Positions 12,391 through 25,505 of a stretch of 64,000 nt of DNA are shown here, piece after piece; the stretch's first letter is position 1, and each line of letters starts with the position of its first letter. This DNA comes from Nageia nagi (taxonomy: Eukaryota; Plantae; Pinophyta). Location of the stretch: positions 164,548,001 through 164,612,000 of the forward strand of contig JBITNC010000001.1 in NCBI GenBank assembly GCA_050084985.1. The letters are read 5' to 3'. A program made the position numbers and the translations under genes. A model generated the notes under the pieces. It did no database searches. It was given only the letters and a program-made list of their open reading frames with translations, and had not been told where the DNA came from.

Positions 12391-13860
12391 CTTCATTGTG
12401 CAATAGATTACAATATGGTTGGGAAACGTATGCCATTGCCTCATTATAAGGCTTTCCCTTGGTTAGGAATGTCCTGGTTATGAATATGATGGTCTATAAG
12501 GCATGTCATGTTGGTAGTGATGGGTCCAATTTAGCAATCCAATATATCTAGGGTTGCTTTCAGCTTCAGGAAGTTTATGATTGAAGTTATAGGCTACTAT
12601 ATTGTCTGTAGTTCTCATCATTATGGTTTCTTACAGTGTACCATAGGAAATCTCTTTGGGTGAAACATTAAAATGTTGAAGTTTGTTTTTGCATTCTTTC
12701 ACTATTTTTCAGTAGTCAAGTGCAGTTTTATGATAATTATTTGTCGAAAGCTTGAACCATGATTTTGATCGATAAGTTTTTATGCCTATATCTATTCCCC
12801 CATCTTCTTGTGGCCATTCACATGCGTTTGGTCTTGACTTTTGACAAAAACGAAGAGCAGCAATTCTCCCTATCAACTAGAACACTGTTACCACCTATAA
12901 GCCTTGTGAGTTTAGAATATAGTGAGATAGATCATAATGGTTCATGGAAAAAACACCTTTTCAACTTGTTTCTCTTGAAAATATTTGTTTCATACAATGT
13001 TTGTGAGCTTTCTTCATGCTGAAAGAGGAAAATATGATTTTCTTACTGTCACTGCCCATATATCAACATGTCACTTTCAAAGAAACAATAGTTTTATATC
13101 TGGTATGAGATATCAATTGCAAATAGTTTCCACATGAATAAACTTTCATTTGGCTGCCTGCGTTTTGAATGTTTTCAAGTTTCTCTATTGTGCTGTCTTG
13201 CTATTCTTTCATGGTTTCATGTGTTCTCTAATTGTTACCATGATTGCTCCTAAAATCCGAACCAACGACATCTGCGCTGTTAGCTTCAAGGTTGATAGCA
13301 GCCCACACAACCTGGATTTGCACCAGCATGATCAAAAAGCGAAACTTTTTAAAACTGTATATATTTAAATTAATTTTAAAAAAATTAATAATAAAAAAAT
13401 ATACTTTGGAGGAGGGGTGCACCTGCAATTTTTTTTTCAAGGTGAATAAAATTTGCGGAATAAAATCTGTTTCTTTTGAAATTTGTTGATTTTCTAACCT
13501 CTTGGTTGAAATCGGCACATTTTGTAACATAGAATATAATAAATGGTTGTTTCTTTTGAAGAATACATAATGATGTTTAGAGACATTGAACCGCACAACA
13601 CTTTATTATTCCTTAATAGTTAATGCCTAGACCATGATCTAAAGGACAGAAATAACCTAACTACATATATTATGTGTTGTATCTTGGATCAGAACATCTT
13701 CTCCATTTTATAAAAGCCTTGTCCCAAAAGCAAGGAAGGAGTCAACTCTTTACCTTCTTTTTTAATAAAATTATTTTCTATGCAAAACTTTGCTTTTTCT
13801 GGATTGTGGATGCTTTGGTGGCCAACACAATTTTCCTTGTTGCACACATCCTCCAAATGC

Positions 13861-13940
13861 CATCAGTGCCAAATTTCTTTTGTTGCAAGCCAACCGTCCA
13901 CATCAGTGCCAAATTTCTTTTGTTGCAAGCCAATCATCCA
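13861..13940 (+). repeat. 40-bp tandem duplication
   Basis: catcagtgccaaatttcttttgttgcaagccaa occurs at 13861 and 13901. Confidence 0.9.
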
Positions 13941-14031
13941 CATAAATTTTTGTTTGGTGACAAAATAAAACCACTTTGCTATCGTCCATGCACCATTTTG
14001 GAGCAGGTAGTAGGTGACACTTTTGAGCTTT

Positions 14032-14853
14032 TGTAAGATCCCCAAATTAAAATATACAAAAACCCTAGCTGAAATATTATGAATTTATCCAATAAAAATT
14101 CTGATCTATGCAAACAATAATCAGATCTACAAATTATTCAGATAAATAACACCCGAAACCGCAAAGTAGCGGATCTAGCCTCACAAATATTATTAAAATA
14201 TTCTGCAAGTACAAATAGATAGATCAGTTCATATCCATCACAAATTAACCTCTAAGATGCATAAGAAGAGAGCCCTAGGCTGGATGTTCCTCTAGGAGGC
14301 AAATCACAGACAAAGAATGATAGATTCTGATGTAAATGCACCAAACCCTTTGATGGGTATCCTGATCCAATGCTTGATAGCTGAATACTGTGAAAATATG
14401 GATGTCTTCTTCAAACCCTACAGCTGGAATTCTAGTTCTGCACAAACGTAGACTCTGAATAAACCTACTCCAAATAGAGAGAAAGGGTTTTTGTTCTAAT
14501 TCCCTGAGAATTCAGAGGTTTTCGTCCCTGAACTTAATTCCTTCATATGTTTTCGTCTGCAGAAGAAACTAGGATGGGATGCTAAGGCAACAACTCACTC
14601 GAAGAGAAAATGAGAGAAATAACAATCAACAACGCCCAAAATGGACACTCCACTTTTTAAATAGCCATGAGCTTCTAATTCTTCGTTGAGGTTTATGGAA
14701 TCATTAAAAATGATTAAATTCACCTTATTACTCCTAATTAACTTTTTTAAAACTTAAAAATACTCCTAATATTTAAGTCCCATTTCCACATGTGCTCAAT
14801 TGGATTCTATAAAATAAAAGTGAAAATTAGTGTTCAAAAATGGGGACATTATA
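14032..14853 (-). repeat. 3' LTR (822 bp)
   Basis: Colinear, high similarity to 24692-25505 along its whole length. Confidence 0.93.
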
Positions 14854-14889
14854 GTCCTCCACTCGCAAAATTGCTTGTCATCAAGCAAT
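14854..14889 (-). promoter_or_regulatory. Polypurine tract and conserved Gypsy 3' end
   Basis: Minus strand reads ATTGCTTGATGACAAGCAATTTTGCGAGTGGAGGAC immediately before the LTR. This matches the TTGAGGACAAG...GGGAGGAC motif typical of plant Gypsy 3' ends. Confidence 0.7.
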
Positions 14890-15170
14890 GTGAGCGTAAC
14901 CTCAACATTTCCTAACTGAACCAAACCATAACCATAATTAGCTGGTGATTCTAGGGTACCAAATCAACTATATGTTAGCATCAAAACACTCTTCTATGCA
15001 CACGGAAATATCTTCTACAAATTTAGCAGGTTTAGAACAATAATTTGGAATCTCAAACTCAACATTTATGCCTAGTGGAGGACATTTATCCTAGCAAGAA
15101 CAAACAAATTCAACGACCCGTTCAAAACATTTCGAAGATTTTTGCCTTTCAGTTTCTAACGCTTTTATAG

Positions 15171-16211
15171 CAAAGTTAACATGGACCAGAGGATGAAGAA
15201 ACGAGGGGACGAGTCCCCAGGGACAACAGGCGACAACAACCCAATTTTAGGAAACGTGAAGGGGACGACAAGTATATATACTAAAAAATCCTCCGACTTT
15301 TTAGATTTAGGAAAAGTAGATATTAGATATAGTTTCAATGTTTCATTCATCATTAGCATTCGTGATTCATCCAGGGACCAATTCAAACATATAACATATT
15401 TTGAAAATGAAAATCTTTAACTACTAACATACTAACAAGTAATATGATTATAAAATGAAAATCATAAATCTGAATCATAAATGATAAATTAGAATGAGCC
15501 ATAAATACAGTCTAATAATCATAATGCCATTAAGTTTGAATATGCTAAGGCCCCAAAACATAGTCTTTGACATGAATATGTTAAATAAGTCAAAATGTCA
15601 AAAACTAAAATAGTAAACTAGAAGTCTATCGGCTCATGAGCTACTGCATGTCTATCAGTATCACTATCAATGTCTTCATCTAAACTCTCATCATACAAAG
15701 CAACAACATTCAGTGGAACTCCAACCAAATCCTATTGATCCTCATCATCCTCATACTGTGTCATATTCTCTACATCAACATCCCATCTGCTCTTCACTTC
15801 TACTCTTCTCTCCTTTTGTTGGGTAGTGTAAATGACAAAATGATTGCAATGTGAATATAAAGGCATGTTTTTAGGGTTGGGGGTGGAGACCCTTGTGGGA
15901 TCCATCCCCAACGTTTATGATTGCAAGTTGAGTTTTTTATTTTTTTTTAATTTTTATTAGTGTGCAACGTCGGCCAGAAGGGGGGATGGGAATCTGTCCC
16001 GGGGCATCCTTGGGACAGATTCTCATCCCCATTTGCCCAATTTAAAAGGAAACATCCCTAGGGTTTGGGAAATCATCTCGAGGAAGTCCCCTCCGTATGA
16101 CCTAAAAAGGGGATGGTGGGGAAATGCCCCGTAGGGCATTCCCCATTCTCTTGGATATGAGGGACGGGGACACATGAAAAGAAACTGGGGATGCATCCAC
16201 TGACAAGCTTG
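15171..16211 (-). mobile_element. hAT deletion derivative nested in the Gypsy element
   Basis: 8-bp TSD ttttatag (15163-15170) / ctttatag (16212-16219). Imperfect TIRs CAAAGTT...AAGCTTG and GGGGAC/GTCCCC subterminal repeats at both ends. The minus strand at ~15620-15795 encodes SRWDVDVENMTQYEDDED...DIDSDTD, resembling the acidic C-terminus after a hAT dimerisation domain. Confidence 0.8.
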
Positions 16212-17073
16212 CTTTATAGTTTGAATCTCATTTTGAACAATAACTCTTTCAAACAAATTTTGTTTTCCTTCTAACACCACCACTTTGTTGCCAATAACAT
16301 TCATGTTATCACGCTTATCCACATCACAAAAGAGTTCATGAATATGAATTGATTGATCATTATGTTTGCTTTCTTCAAATACTGATATAGGTGAATGGAA
16401 ATCTACAAGAAGAATACATCTCCCAAGATTTTAGCAATAGTATCAACTATCATAATCTTCCCTACTTCATTGAGATGTATGACTATCTCTTTATCATCCT
16501 CTAGATTTGAGTATTTTCCAAGTGGTAAAAATCCCAAGTATGGATCACAATATAAGTAGGTACTGGAAGGACATCTAGGTAATACATCTATCACACTAAC
16601 AACAACCAATTTACTATCAATTAAGTATTGCTGGTGAAATGAACTAAACCACACAAAGAAACAATATTGTCATGGGTTCTCAGTTTAAGCTCATCAATTC
16701 CTTGGTTCACCTTAATAGCTACATTAAGATCCTCCTCTGGTTCAACTACCTTTTAATTTTATTTTGCTATATAGGAAATTGTTGTGCGTCAACAACACGC
16801 CCCAAAATTTGCATTATAGGAACCAGAATCTCGCCTAGTCTTATACTCATTCGAAAGCCCACAGAGAACCAAGTGTTGCACATCCCTCCCAATCACAGTC
16901 ATAATGAGCCTGAATTGAAAAATCATTGAAAAATTGACTAAGTATGGAATATAGGAGAGTCTAGGGAACCATGTGAGATAAGAGACTAAGTCCTAGAGCT
17001 CGAAAATTTGGCTAAGTGTCAAAGTTTAGTCTTCCTTTCAGGTGTACCCAAAACATAGGGCAAAAAGAAGGCT

Positions 17074-17984
17074 GAGCGCATGACTTAAAAAGGAAAAATT
17101 ATGATTTTTTGAAACATTTTTGTGGCCAAGAGGAGTCCCAGATGGAACGAAGGGGTTCAAATTGCAAAATTGTGACTTCCAAGAATTTTCAAGCAAGAAA
17201 GTGGTTAAGGCATGGAGCGCACCCGAAAAAACACCAAAATATGACTTTTAAAATGTGCGCCTAGATGAAGAACACCCAGGGAATGAGTGCATGTTTCAAA
17301 AAGACATAATTATGACTTTTTAAAACATGTGCCTGGCTTGAGAGACCTTCTGGGTGAGTTTGGCATGAAAATTTGACTAAGGCATGACTCCTAAGACATT
17401 TAAAATTGGCACAAGATTGCACAAACAGGCTAGTGAATGTTTCAAGAAGACAATATTATGACTTTCTAAAATGTGTGCCTAGCTCAGAAGGATTTCCAGT
17501 TCAAGCGCATGATGAAAAAAGATAAAATCATGACTTTTTGAAACGTGCGTCCAAGGTGGAAATGCTCCCAGTTGAAGCACATGACTTCAAAAGACAAAAT
17601 ATGACTTTTTAAAACATGTGCTCAAGATAGGATAGCTCCAGGATCGATCCAAGGTGGCAAAATGACCAAGTATGGGCTTCCGAAGCATCCAAATCAACTC
17701 AAAATTGCAAAAGGATGAGAGCGCATGGTAACAAAAGATAGAAACATGACTTCTGGAGATGTGCGCTAAAGTTGGGAGACCTTCTGGGGAGTTTGAAGTG
17801 GAAATTTGGCCAAGTCCTGGCCCCAAAAGCACCAAGATCAGATGAGAATCACACAAAGAGACCAATGCTTGAGAAAAAAAGAGAAAAATAAGACTTTCTC
17901 AGGCATGCACTCAAACTAGGAGGTCACCCAATTTAGGTGCACCATTTCAAAAGAAAAGTTTTTAACCTTTTTGGTGATGTGCCC
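17074..17984. repeat. Array of ~9 imperfect palindromes in E2 (GAGCGCATG..AAAAGACAwAATwATGACTTTT..CATGyGC)
   Basis: Copies near 17074, 17215, 17285, 17433, 17504, 17575, 17719, 17862 and 17936. Confidence 0.8.
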
Positions 17985-18271
17985 TGTCCTAGATTCCCAG
18001 GTTTCGAAGATGAAGGGTCCCAAATTGTCCCAACAATGCTTACAGGTTGATACTTGCCCTTGTGCATCCCTCCTCAAGCTAGCCAACATCGATTCAAGTG
18101 TCAAACCTATCTCGAAAGTTGCATCCATCAATAAAGGCACACATCCTTAGGAAGGTAGCCGATTTGCCCCAAGGAAAACCCTAGAAAATGCCTGTTAAAG
18201 GGGAGCTCATTTTCATTTTCATATTATAATTTTGTTCTCTCTTCAAATTTGTTAGGGCATCAAAGATCAAA

Positions 18272-18799
18272 ATGGTAGGGACAAACTTCGAGATGCAAGG
18301 GAAGAGGATCGAGCCAGAGAAGGTGGTGACTTTCTATGGTACCTCATCAAAGAAGAAGGCCAATATTGACCTAGCAACTTTGATTAGAGCGTTACATGAA
18401 GATCCTAGTCAGAGGGTGAAAGATTAGTCTACAACAATTCATTATGTAAGCAAATGTATCATCAAGGTCAATAACACGTCATTAGTTACCAAGGTATTTC
18501 TAAACAAGGTTCTTGAGAAGTCTCAAGACTTGGAAACCCATACCCAAAAGATGGAGATAGGCGACATCAGGACCACAAGAGCAAAATGAATCAAAGAACT
18601 TAGAAGGATTGCTAAAGAATTGGAAGAAAGCTAGAAGAAGCTGAATCTTGAAGAAGAGAACACGCTTCCAAAGCCATACCAGCCTCAAGATAGGGTGACC
18701 ATTCAAGAGCAAGAAGGAACCATCTATTGGAAAACACTAGATGAGACCAGTTTCAGCCAAAGTTGTGTAGTAGATCAGCCAGAACAAGGACATCCTTGA
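18272..18799 (+). pseudogene. LTR-borne accessory ORF of E2 (~175 codons, three in-frame stops)
   Basis: One frame from ATG 18272: MVGTNFEMQGKRIEPEKVVTFYGTSSKKKANIDLATLIRALHEDPSQRVKD*...KELRRIAKELEES*KKLNLEEE. The stops are TAG/TGA, as expected from transition decay. An acceptor-like ttgttAG lies at 18255. Confidence 0.55.
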
Positions 18800-20149
18800 T
18801 GTCCCTGATATAGGAATGATGAAGATTTCAAGTCATGTGTTGCAGGAGTGAAAGAGATGGATGAATCCATGAGCACCAACTCGATGGAGGTGTTTCACTT
18901 GAGATGCAACATTTTCAATTTCATTTTATTTTGCATAATTTCATTTCAATTTGGATCTCAAACTATTATTCATTTTGATTGAGCCATGTGATGTTTGAGG
19001 ATTTGCTCCCACAAGTGATGGACTTGATCTTGTATTGACACTTGTCATTTCATAGTTAGAATCAGGGTTTATTTTAGTTTATTTTATTTGAATTTGAATT
19101 AGGGTTAGGGCTTCACTCAAAAAACTATAAACAGCCCTAAAGGGCTCATTTGCAAAGGAGGATGACCATTTTACTCAAGAGGAGCTATTTTGAACTTGTT
19201 AATATTTTTAACACTCTCTTGTATGTGAATGTGGAGCATAATTTAAACAAATCAAGACTTGTTCATTTCATGGGGTTGTGAACTTGAGTATTGTTACTTG
19301 GTATTTGCTTGTAGTTGCCATATGACTTGTGGGCATTTCTTGTAAGTGTAGGCTTGTAAGAAAGTTGAATGAACTTCTTAAGAAGTTGTATGATTGTTAT
19401 TTGATGAACATTGTTCACTCTTTTGCATATAGATGGATGTATGTTAGTGAAGCCCTTTCCATATCGTCTGGTTTGATATGTTGCTCATATTATTGCACTT
19501 GGTAACATTGCTTCAGGCTCCATCTTGCTTTCAACTTGGACTTAGTCATTTGTGGCAAGGACTGGATAAATGACTAGGCACATCATAATAAACCCGGAAA
19601 GGAAGTGAATTGACCCCTAATCCATCGGTGGACTTGTCACTGAATGTACTTACCTCGTATGCCATCATCCCGATTTTACACTTTCTTTTACCTTTACTTT
19701 GTTATTTTTTTTTACCATCAAAAATCTATCATTTCAATTAGTGCAAGACAACTTCAGTCCCCATAGTAAAACGTGGTAACAGTTGCTGTCTCTCCTCCCC
19801 ATTTGGGTCATTCCAAGTTCATATCACTACCATAGACAACACTTTGAGATATAGAAACTTTGGGGTAACCAGTCCTTGCAAGCGGAGGTTAGTAATAGAG
19901 CCTCAACCACATGGTTGGATGCCTTTCCATTTATCACCTAAGGTGGTATTTGTAGGAGGAAGGAAAAATATCCCAACAGAAGCAAATAGAATATTTTGAT
20001 AACAAATTATCCTTAGAAACAACATCCATCCATAAGTGATCACCAAATCCTTCCCTCATTTCATTGCTAAGGAAAAACTGATCAGATACAAATGTCCCAC
20101 AATCACCAGAAAGGTCATGAACAATCATTATCGGTGAAGATAGATGAGA

Positions 20150-21225
20150 TAAAGCAGCTAGTGTTAACTTTTCCAAATTGTCATAAATTCTGCATGTAGC
20201 AAGCAAAGTCTGTCTCTTCCAGGTGACCAAACCTTCTAAGGATATGAACTGTACATGCATAATTTTCTTCTCTGTCACACCATAAGGGTGGTTCATAGTA
20301 TTAAAGCAGTCACAACCTTCATCTACTAGGCCTAAGTGAGTTCAAGCATATAGGATACCAACAAAAGTGATATGATATGATTCTATCCCAGCTTTTTGCA
20401 TTTTTTTAAAGAGTTCCAATACAAATGTGCCTTTTGCTGCCTGAGTATGCATTCCATGCAAGACATCAGTTCCTTTTTTATGTTCACTGCTTACAAAATA
20501 GCCAAAACGAATATGTACATCTCTGGCCTGAAGAGATTTGAGAACAACCTCACGACTGGGAAGTGGAACACCTGAGCAAACAGTTGATTCTACATTAACA
20601 ACTTGCACCTGGCCTTTATCTGCCAGTCTCTCTGCAATTGTTGCTAACTCAACCGTACAGTAACCAAATCCCACCACCATGACAGAAATAGGAGGCTCGT
20701 CCTTCCCAATTTTTTTTGTTCCAAAGCACTTAGTTGTTAATCCATTTTAAGAGCATCTTCCAAAGTGGAAAATGGTAGAGTGAATTCTAAAATACCAGGA
20801 ACAACACCCATTTTGTCTTTGAACCAAGTGCCAAAACCAACTACTCATTCTCAATCTGCATTCAACTTTGAAGATGAACATGTCCACCAATGTCTGAAGT
20901 TGGTAAATCACTGCTCCTTGTATTATCACTAGAACATAGGGTCTTCACTTTATCTCTGCAAAATGTCACAACAATGTTTGCTAATAGTTCTAAAAAGCGA
21001 GGTGCTATCTCCCATGCATTAATTTCTCCATAAAGGATTTCATAAAACATAGGTTTAAAAACAAACCAGTCTGACTGATCAATAAGTAGAACTTGCATGC
21101 CCTGTTCTATTTTGAAGAATGAAGCAAATGTGAACTCATCCATTTTCACATCTGTCATCTGCATTTGTTAAAAGAGAGTTAAAATTTTCTCATGACTCCT
21201 ACTTTGAGAATATCCTGCCTTGTTC
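20150..21225 (-). pseudogene. Captured PLS-class PPR gene fragments inside the Gypsy internal region
   Basis: AGYSQ...LF*QMQMTDVKMDEFTFAS (~21115-21220) and LELFKKMQKAGIESYHITFVGILYA*THLGLVDEGCDCFNTM..YGV...LLATCRIYDNLE (20170-20420) match PLS P/L/S repeats and the E motif. Confidence 0.75.
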
Positions 21226-21615
21226 ACAGAAAAAAATGAATGATCTCACCTAAATTTGCTTTGCAGCATGTTTACCAATTCTTCCTCTTCACATATCAGT
21301 AATGCTGCAGCTAATTCCTCCACACATGACAACTCACAAGGTCAACCATAGTTCACTGGATTTGCTGCAACAAGCCATGGTAATAGGCTAGGCACAACAA
21401 AGCGTCACAAAAGGAGCATCGGTTAAGCGTGCCCATGAGCAATCCACTACAGCCAATTCTCTTTTCTGAAAGGCTGCTATTTCTTCGAAACACACTTATT
21501 ACCCATGGGACTGAGAACAATAGCCCCAAAACTCTGCTTTGCATCCTGCCAAATGATCTGTAAACCTTACTTCAGGATTTATTTTGGATCTTCACACTTT
21601 ATTCATTTTAGTGCT

Positions 21616-23011
21616 TGTGAAAATAAAAATGCACACCAAATCAAAAACACACAAAATTATGTACACACATAGTTACCCTGGTTCGACTGATGTGATCTAC
21701 ATCCAACAAATTGCAATCCATTATTGTAGAGTTCATTTTATAATGTTACTTGTATGATCCTTCTTGCTTCACTTTTTTGTTTGTTGAAGTCGAATCACAT
21801 GATCATTGTAGGCTCTCCATTGAATCTCTTTCTTGAAGACGACTCTTTTTTCAACGAAAGTCTTTGAGCATAGTTCCACAGCTCTTGTCCCGAGATGACA
21901 TCTTTTGAACTACTCTTTGTCTTTTTCTTTTCATCATGGCGATTATGTCATTCACTTCTTTCTCCATGGCAATAATCTTATCCATGTTCTTTTTCTTCTT
22001 CTATGTAAGCTTGAAATGCACCTCCAGTATTACTCTCATGGTTTTGTTATTTTCCATGGAGTTTACAATAAAATGGAGTCTTCTACATTCTTTTCAAACC
22101 TACACTAAATCCCTCTCTGGAAGAAAACCCTCTAAAAGGAATTAACTAATTTCCAATCTCTATGCATCCTTTTATAAGAATTAAGGGATTACAATTTTTA
22201 ATTTTAGAAGATTTGGTTACAAAGGTGATAAACATGATATTTGTCATTTTTCCTCATTTAGAAGATTTTAATACAACAATAAAATATGTCACATCTTGGT
22301 ATTTTTCTCCAATTGATTATTTTCTCTCTTCTTTCCAACAAAAAGCTCCTTTTTTAACATTACATAGCATTGTTTTGGCCTCATACGGTTATATTCTGCT
22401 ATTTTTTTGGATTTTGCAAAAATGTCAAAACTGCTTCTGGTGCCATTTTGTCATGACCACAACTTCATGACCATAATTCCAAATGTCATGAAATTTCATC
22501 TAGGTGTTCTTGGATATATGTAGCTTGACTGGTCCAAATTTCATGCTTTAACTCCTTATTGGTAGCTCTCAGTATCGTCATCAAGTTGGTCTCCAACGCA
22601 GATTTGCACCTGGCAACTGTCAAAATTTGATTGAAGTCATGAATGCAGAATGAGAATTTACTGTTTTGTGAGCATCATAACTTTCAAGTCTTTAATCCAA
22701 ATGCCTTCAAATTTTAACCACATGTTCATCATAATACGAGGTACCTATGATTCAAATTTCAAGCTATGAATCGACCCGAGCTGCTCCTGATGAGTCCATC
22801 AATAGAGCCTTCCATGCATGTTTTGCATTTTTTTTATTTAACTCCAACTTTTGAAAAGCCATAACTTACAAACCATAGCTCCGTTTTATTCGCCTTTTGA
22901 AGAATTGGAATCGTGGGAGAAACCTTTTTTAATATGGAAGAGAATAATCAACAAAATTATAAATTTGAAAAATCACCTTTTTTTAAGACTTTGAAATCCA
23001 TTTGAATTCAA
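21616..23011 (-). mobile_element. Solo LTR (~1.4 kb, Copia-like) nested in the Gypsy element
   Basis: Flanks gtgct/gtgca (4/5). The minus strand has the GGATGTAG...CGAACCAGG U5 motif typical of Copia LTRs (~21675-21705) and a TATAAAAGG at ~22168-22176. Confidence 0.6.
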
Positions 23012-23101
23012 GTGCAAGTAAAATGGACAATAAACATTGAACCATTCCCCTCCATTACAATATGGTGATCACTATAAAGCATAGTAAGGCAAATAGATCC
23101 A

Positions 23102-24250
23102 TCAGGGAGTAAGGAAAACAACCAAATGGTATAATGAAGATTTCATTGTTTCCTTCCATGGTGCTGCACCAGGCTCAAACTCATTCAAATCAACTATATC
23201 ATCAAAATCAGGTGGTCTATCTAAATCAAAAAGTGGATTGTCAAAAGACAAATTAGCATTCATCTCAAACAAGGGGTTATCAATGAGACGACATGAATCA
23301 TAGTAGTCCAAGGGAAATTTATCATATTCAATTGCTAATACGTCACTCTTCAAATCATCTGTACTGAAATCATCATGAATATTCTTTTCTCTAGGTTTGG
23401 TTTGGGAATCTAGACCAAACTCTTCCAACTCAGGCAATGTTTGCACCTCATTATCCTTATGAATGAAAGAGCTATGCAAAGTTAATTGGCTGCTGTCACA
23501 AAAATCAGAATTAAATCCATACCTTTCAGCAGTGACTTCATGCCTATCCCAAGGCTCAAGTGTCTCTCTTCCAAAATCTTCATTGCTATGCCCCATATCA
23601 AAATCAGCTCCATGTAACAACAGTTCTGATCTATCTTTATCACCACAATGATCAAAATCAGCAACATTACATTCTTCAATTTTGTTGACTGAAGTTAGGG
23701 CACAAGATAAATCAATTTTATCTTCTAAATCTACAACAATGTCAAGTTTATTGGAAAAATCACTTTGTAACATGCTTTTGATTCCTTCCACTTCTATGCA
23801 TCCTCCATAAGATCAATTTCTTCATTAAATATAGGATTTCCTACTCCTCTATTCCCACAAGCTTCATAAAAAATACCATCATTATGCATCAAATAATTGC
23901 TATGAGGAAATGAACATGATTTCTCATACTTGTTATCAAAACCCTTACTATTTTCCATGGATGAAGACATATCCATTGTGGTGGATTCATTTTTGCATAT
24001 CTCTTGAGACAAGGCATCTTCTTCCAAATCTGAAATTGATGAGATTTTCAATTCAGGATTTGATTTCTATTCAGTAAGATTAGGTTGCGATAGCCCTAGA
24101 TCTGATAATATATGAAAGATTGCTCTAGTTGTAGATTTGATTGAACTCTCAATCGGATCTGGTTGTTCTATCAAATCATTCATTCTTTGGAGCTCTATGG
24201 TCAAACCTTCCAATGCTTTTATTCTTTTCTCTTTTTTGAGATCCATGATT
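23102..24250 (-). pseudogene. Acidic low-complexity ORF remnants just downstream of the PBS
   Basis: ORFs 23102-23791 and 23794-24051 are D/E-rich with repeated DNPLF motifs. They sit where gag would be, but show no gag motif. Confidence 0.4.
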
Positions 24251-24678
24251 CACAAACTGGCAAGATTCAGATCACACTCCAAAACTCCTAAAAAACCCTA
24301 GATATATCAAGCACATTGAATCCAAACTCCAAATGCTCTAAATAAATTAGCAAACCTTAGATCTATGAGATCTCACACCATAAATTTTATAAAATTATTT
24401 TGAAGGTGGCCATACATAGATCAACCCTCAAAATATATAAATCAGCCTTCAAATATACCAAATAAAATTCCCAAGGTTGATCTACTCATAGGCTGGCTTC
24501 ACAAAACCTTTAGATCTATTGACAAAACCTATAGATTTAATAGATCTAGTCACAATATTTCTAGATCCAATATATTTATTCACAATACTTTTAGATCTGA
24601 TATATCTCTTCATAAACTTTAGATATGGTTTCAATTTCTGCAATTTTGATCTTCATCCAATAGGTTGGCAAGATCACT

Positions 24679-24690
24679 ACTTTGATACCA
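24679..24690 (-). promoter_or_regulatory. Primer binding site (tRNA-iMet type)
   Basis: Minus strand reads TGGTATCAAAG one base after the LTR's CA; the canonical sequence is TGGTATCAGAGC. Confidence 0.85.
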
Positions 24691-24691
24691 C

Positions 24692-25505
24692 TGTAAGATC
24701 TCCAAATTAAAATATATAAAACCCTAGTTGAAATATTATGAATCTATCTAATAAAAATTCTGATCTATGCAAACAATAATCAGATCTGCAAATTATTCAG
24801 ATAAATAACACCTGAAACCCCAAAGTAGCGGATCTAGCCACATAAATATTATTAAAATATTTTGCAAGTACAAATAGATAGATCTACTCAAACCCATCAG
24901 AAATCAATCTCTAAAATGTATAAGAACAAAGCCCAAGGTTGGACGTTCCTATGGGAGGTAGATCACACAAACAGTGATAAATTCTGATATAAATGCACCA
25001 AAACCTTTTATGGGTATCCCGATCTAGTGCTTGATAGCTGAATACTATGAAACTATGGATGTCTTTTCAAACCCTACAACTGAAATTCTAGTTCTACACA
25101 AATGTAGACTTTGAATAAATCTATCCCAAATAGAAAGGGTTTTCGTCCTAACTCCATGAAAATTTAGAGGTTTTTGTTGTTGAACTCAATTCCTCCATAG
25201 GTTTTCATGTGCAAAAGAAACTAGAATGGCATGCTAAGGCAACAAGTCACTCCACGAGAAAATGAGAGAAATAACAATTAACAACCCCCAAAATGGGCAC
25301 TCCACTTTTTAAATAGCCATGAGCTTCTAATTCTTCGTTGAGGTTTATGGAATCATTAAAAATGATTAAATTCACCTTATTAGTCCCAATTAAGTTTTTT
25401 AAAACATAAAAATACTCCTAATACTTAAGTTCCATTTCCATATGTGCTCAATTGGATTTTATAAAATAAAAGTGAAAATAAGCGTCCAAAAATGGAGACA
25501 TTACA
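24692..25505 (-). repeat. 5' LTR (814 bp)
   Basis: TG...CA termini; pairs with 14032-14853. Confidence 0.93.

Larger units (their letters stand above)
16780..19978 (+). mobile_element. Giant solo LTR E2 (~3.2 kb) nested in the Gypsy element
   Basis: TGTTG at 16780 and ...aaaatatcccAACA at 19978. Flanks gaaat/gaagc (3/5, both transitions). Homologous to E3 at TGAGGATTTGCTCCCACAA (18996), the TATA block aaaaactataaac...gctcattt (~19121) and the 3' end. Confidence 0.75.
14032..25505 (-). mobile_element. Ty3/Gypsy LTR retrotransposon, non-autonomous, with nested insertions
   Basis: Paired LTRs 14032-14853 and 24692-25505 (tgtaagatc...gacatta[c/t]a). tRNA-iMet PBS next to the right LTR; PPT region next to the left LTR. 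Degenerate TSD gcttt/acttc (two transitions). No RT or integrase motifs seen internally. Confidence 0.9.

Noticed and set aside
16788-19912. Non-TG/CA element bounded by tcaacaacacg / tcaaccacatg direct repeats (recombinase-type ends)
   Set aside because: Homology with E3 continues to a canonical CAACA end at 19978, so an ordinary LTR explains it.
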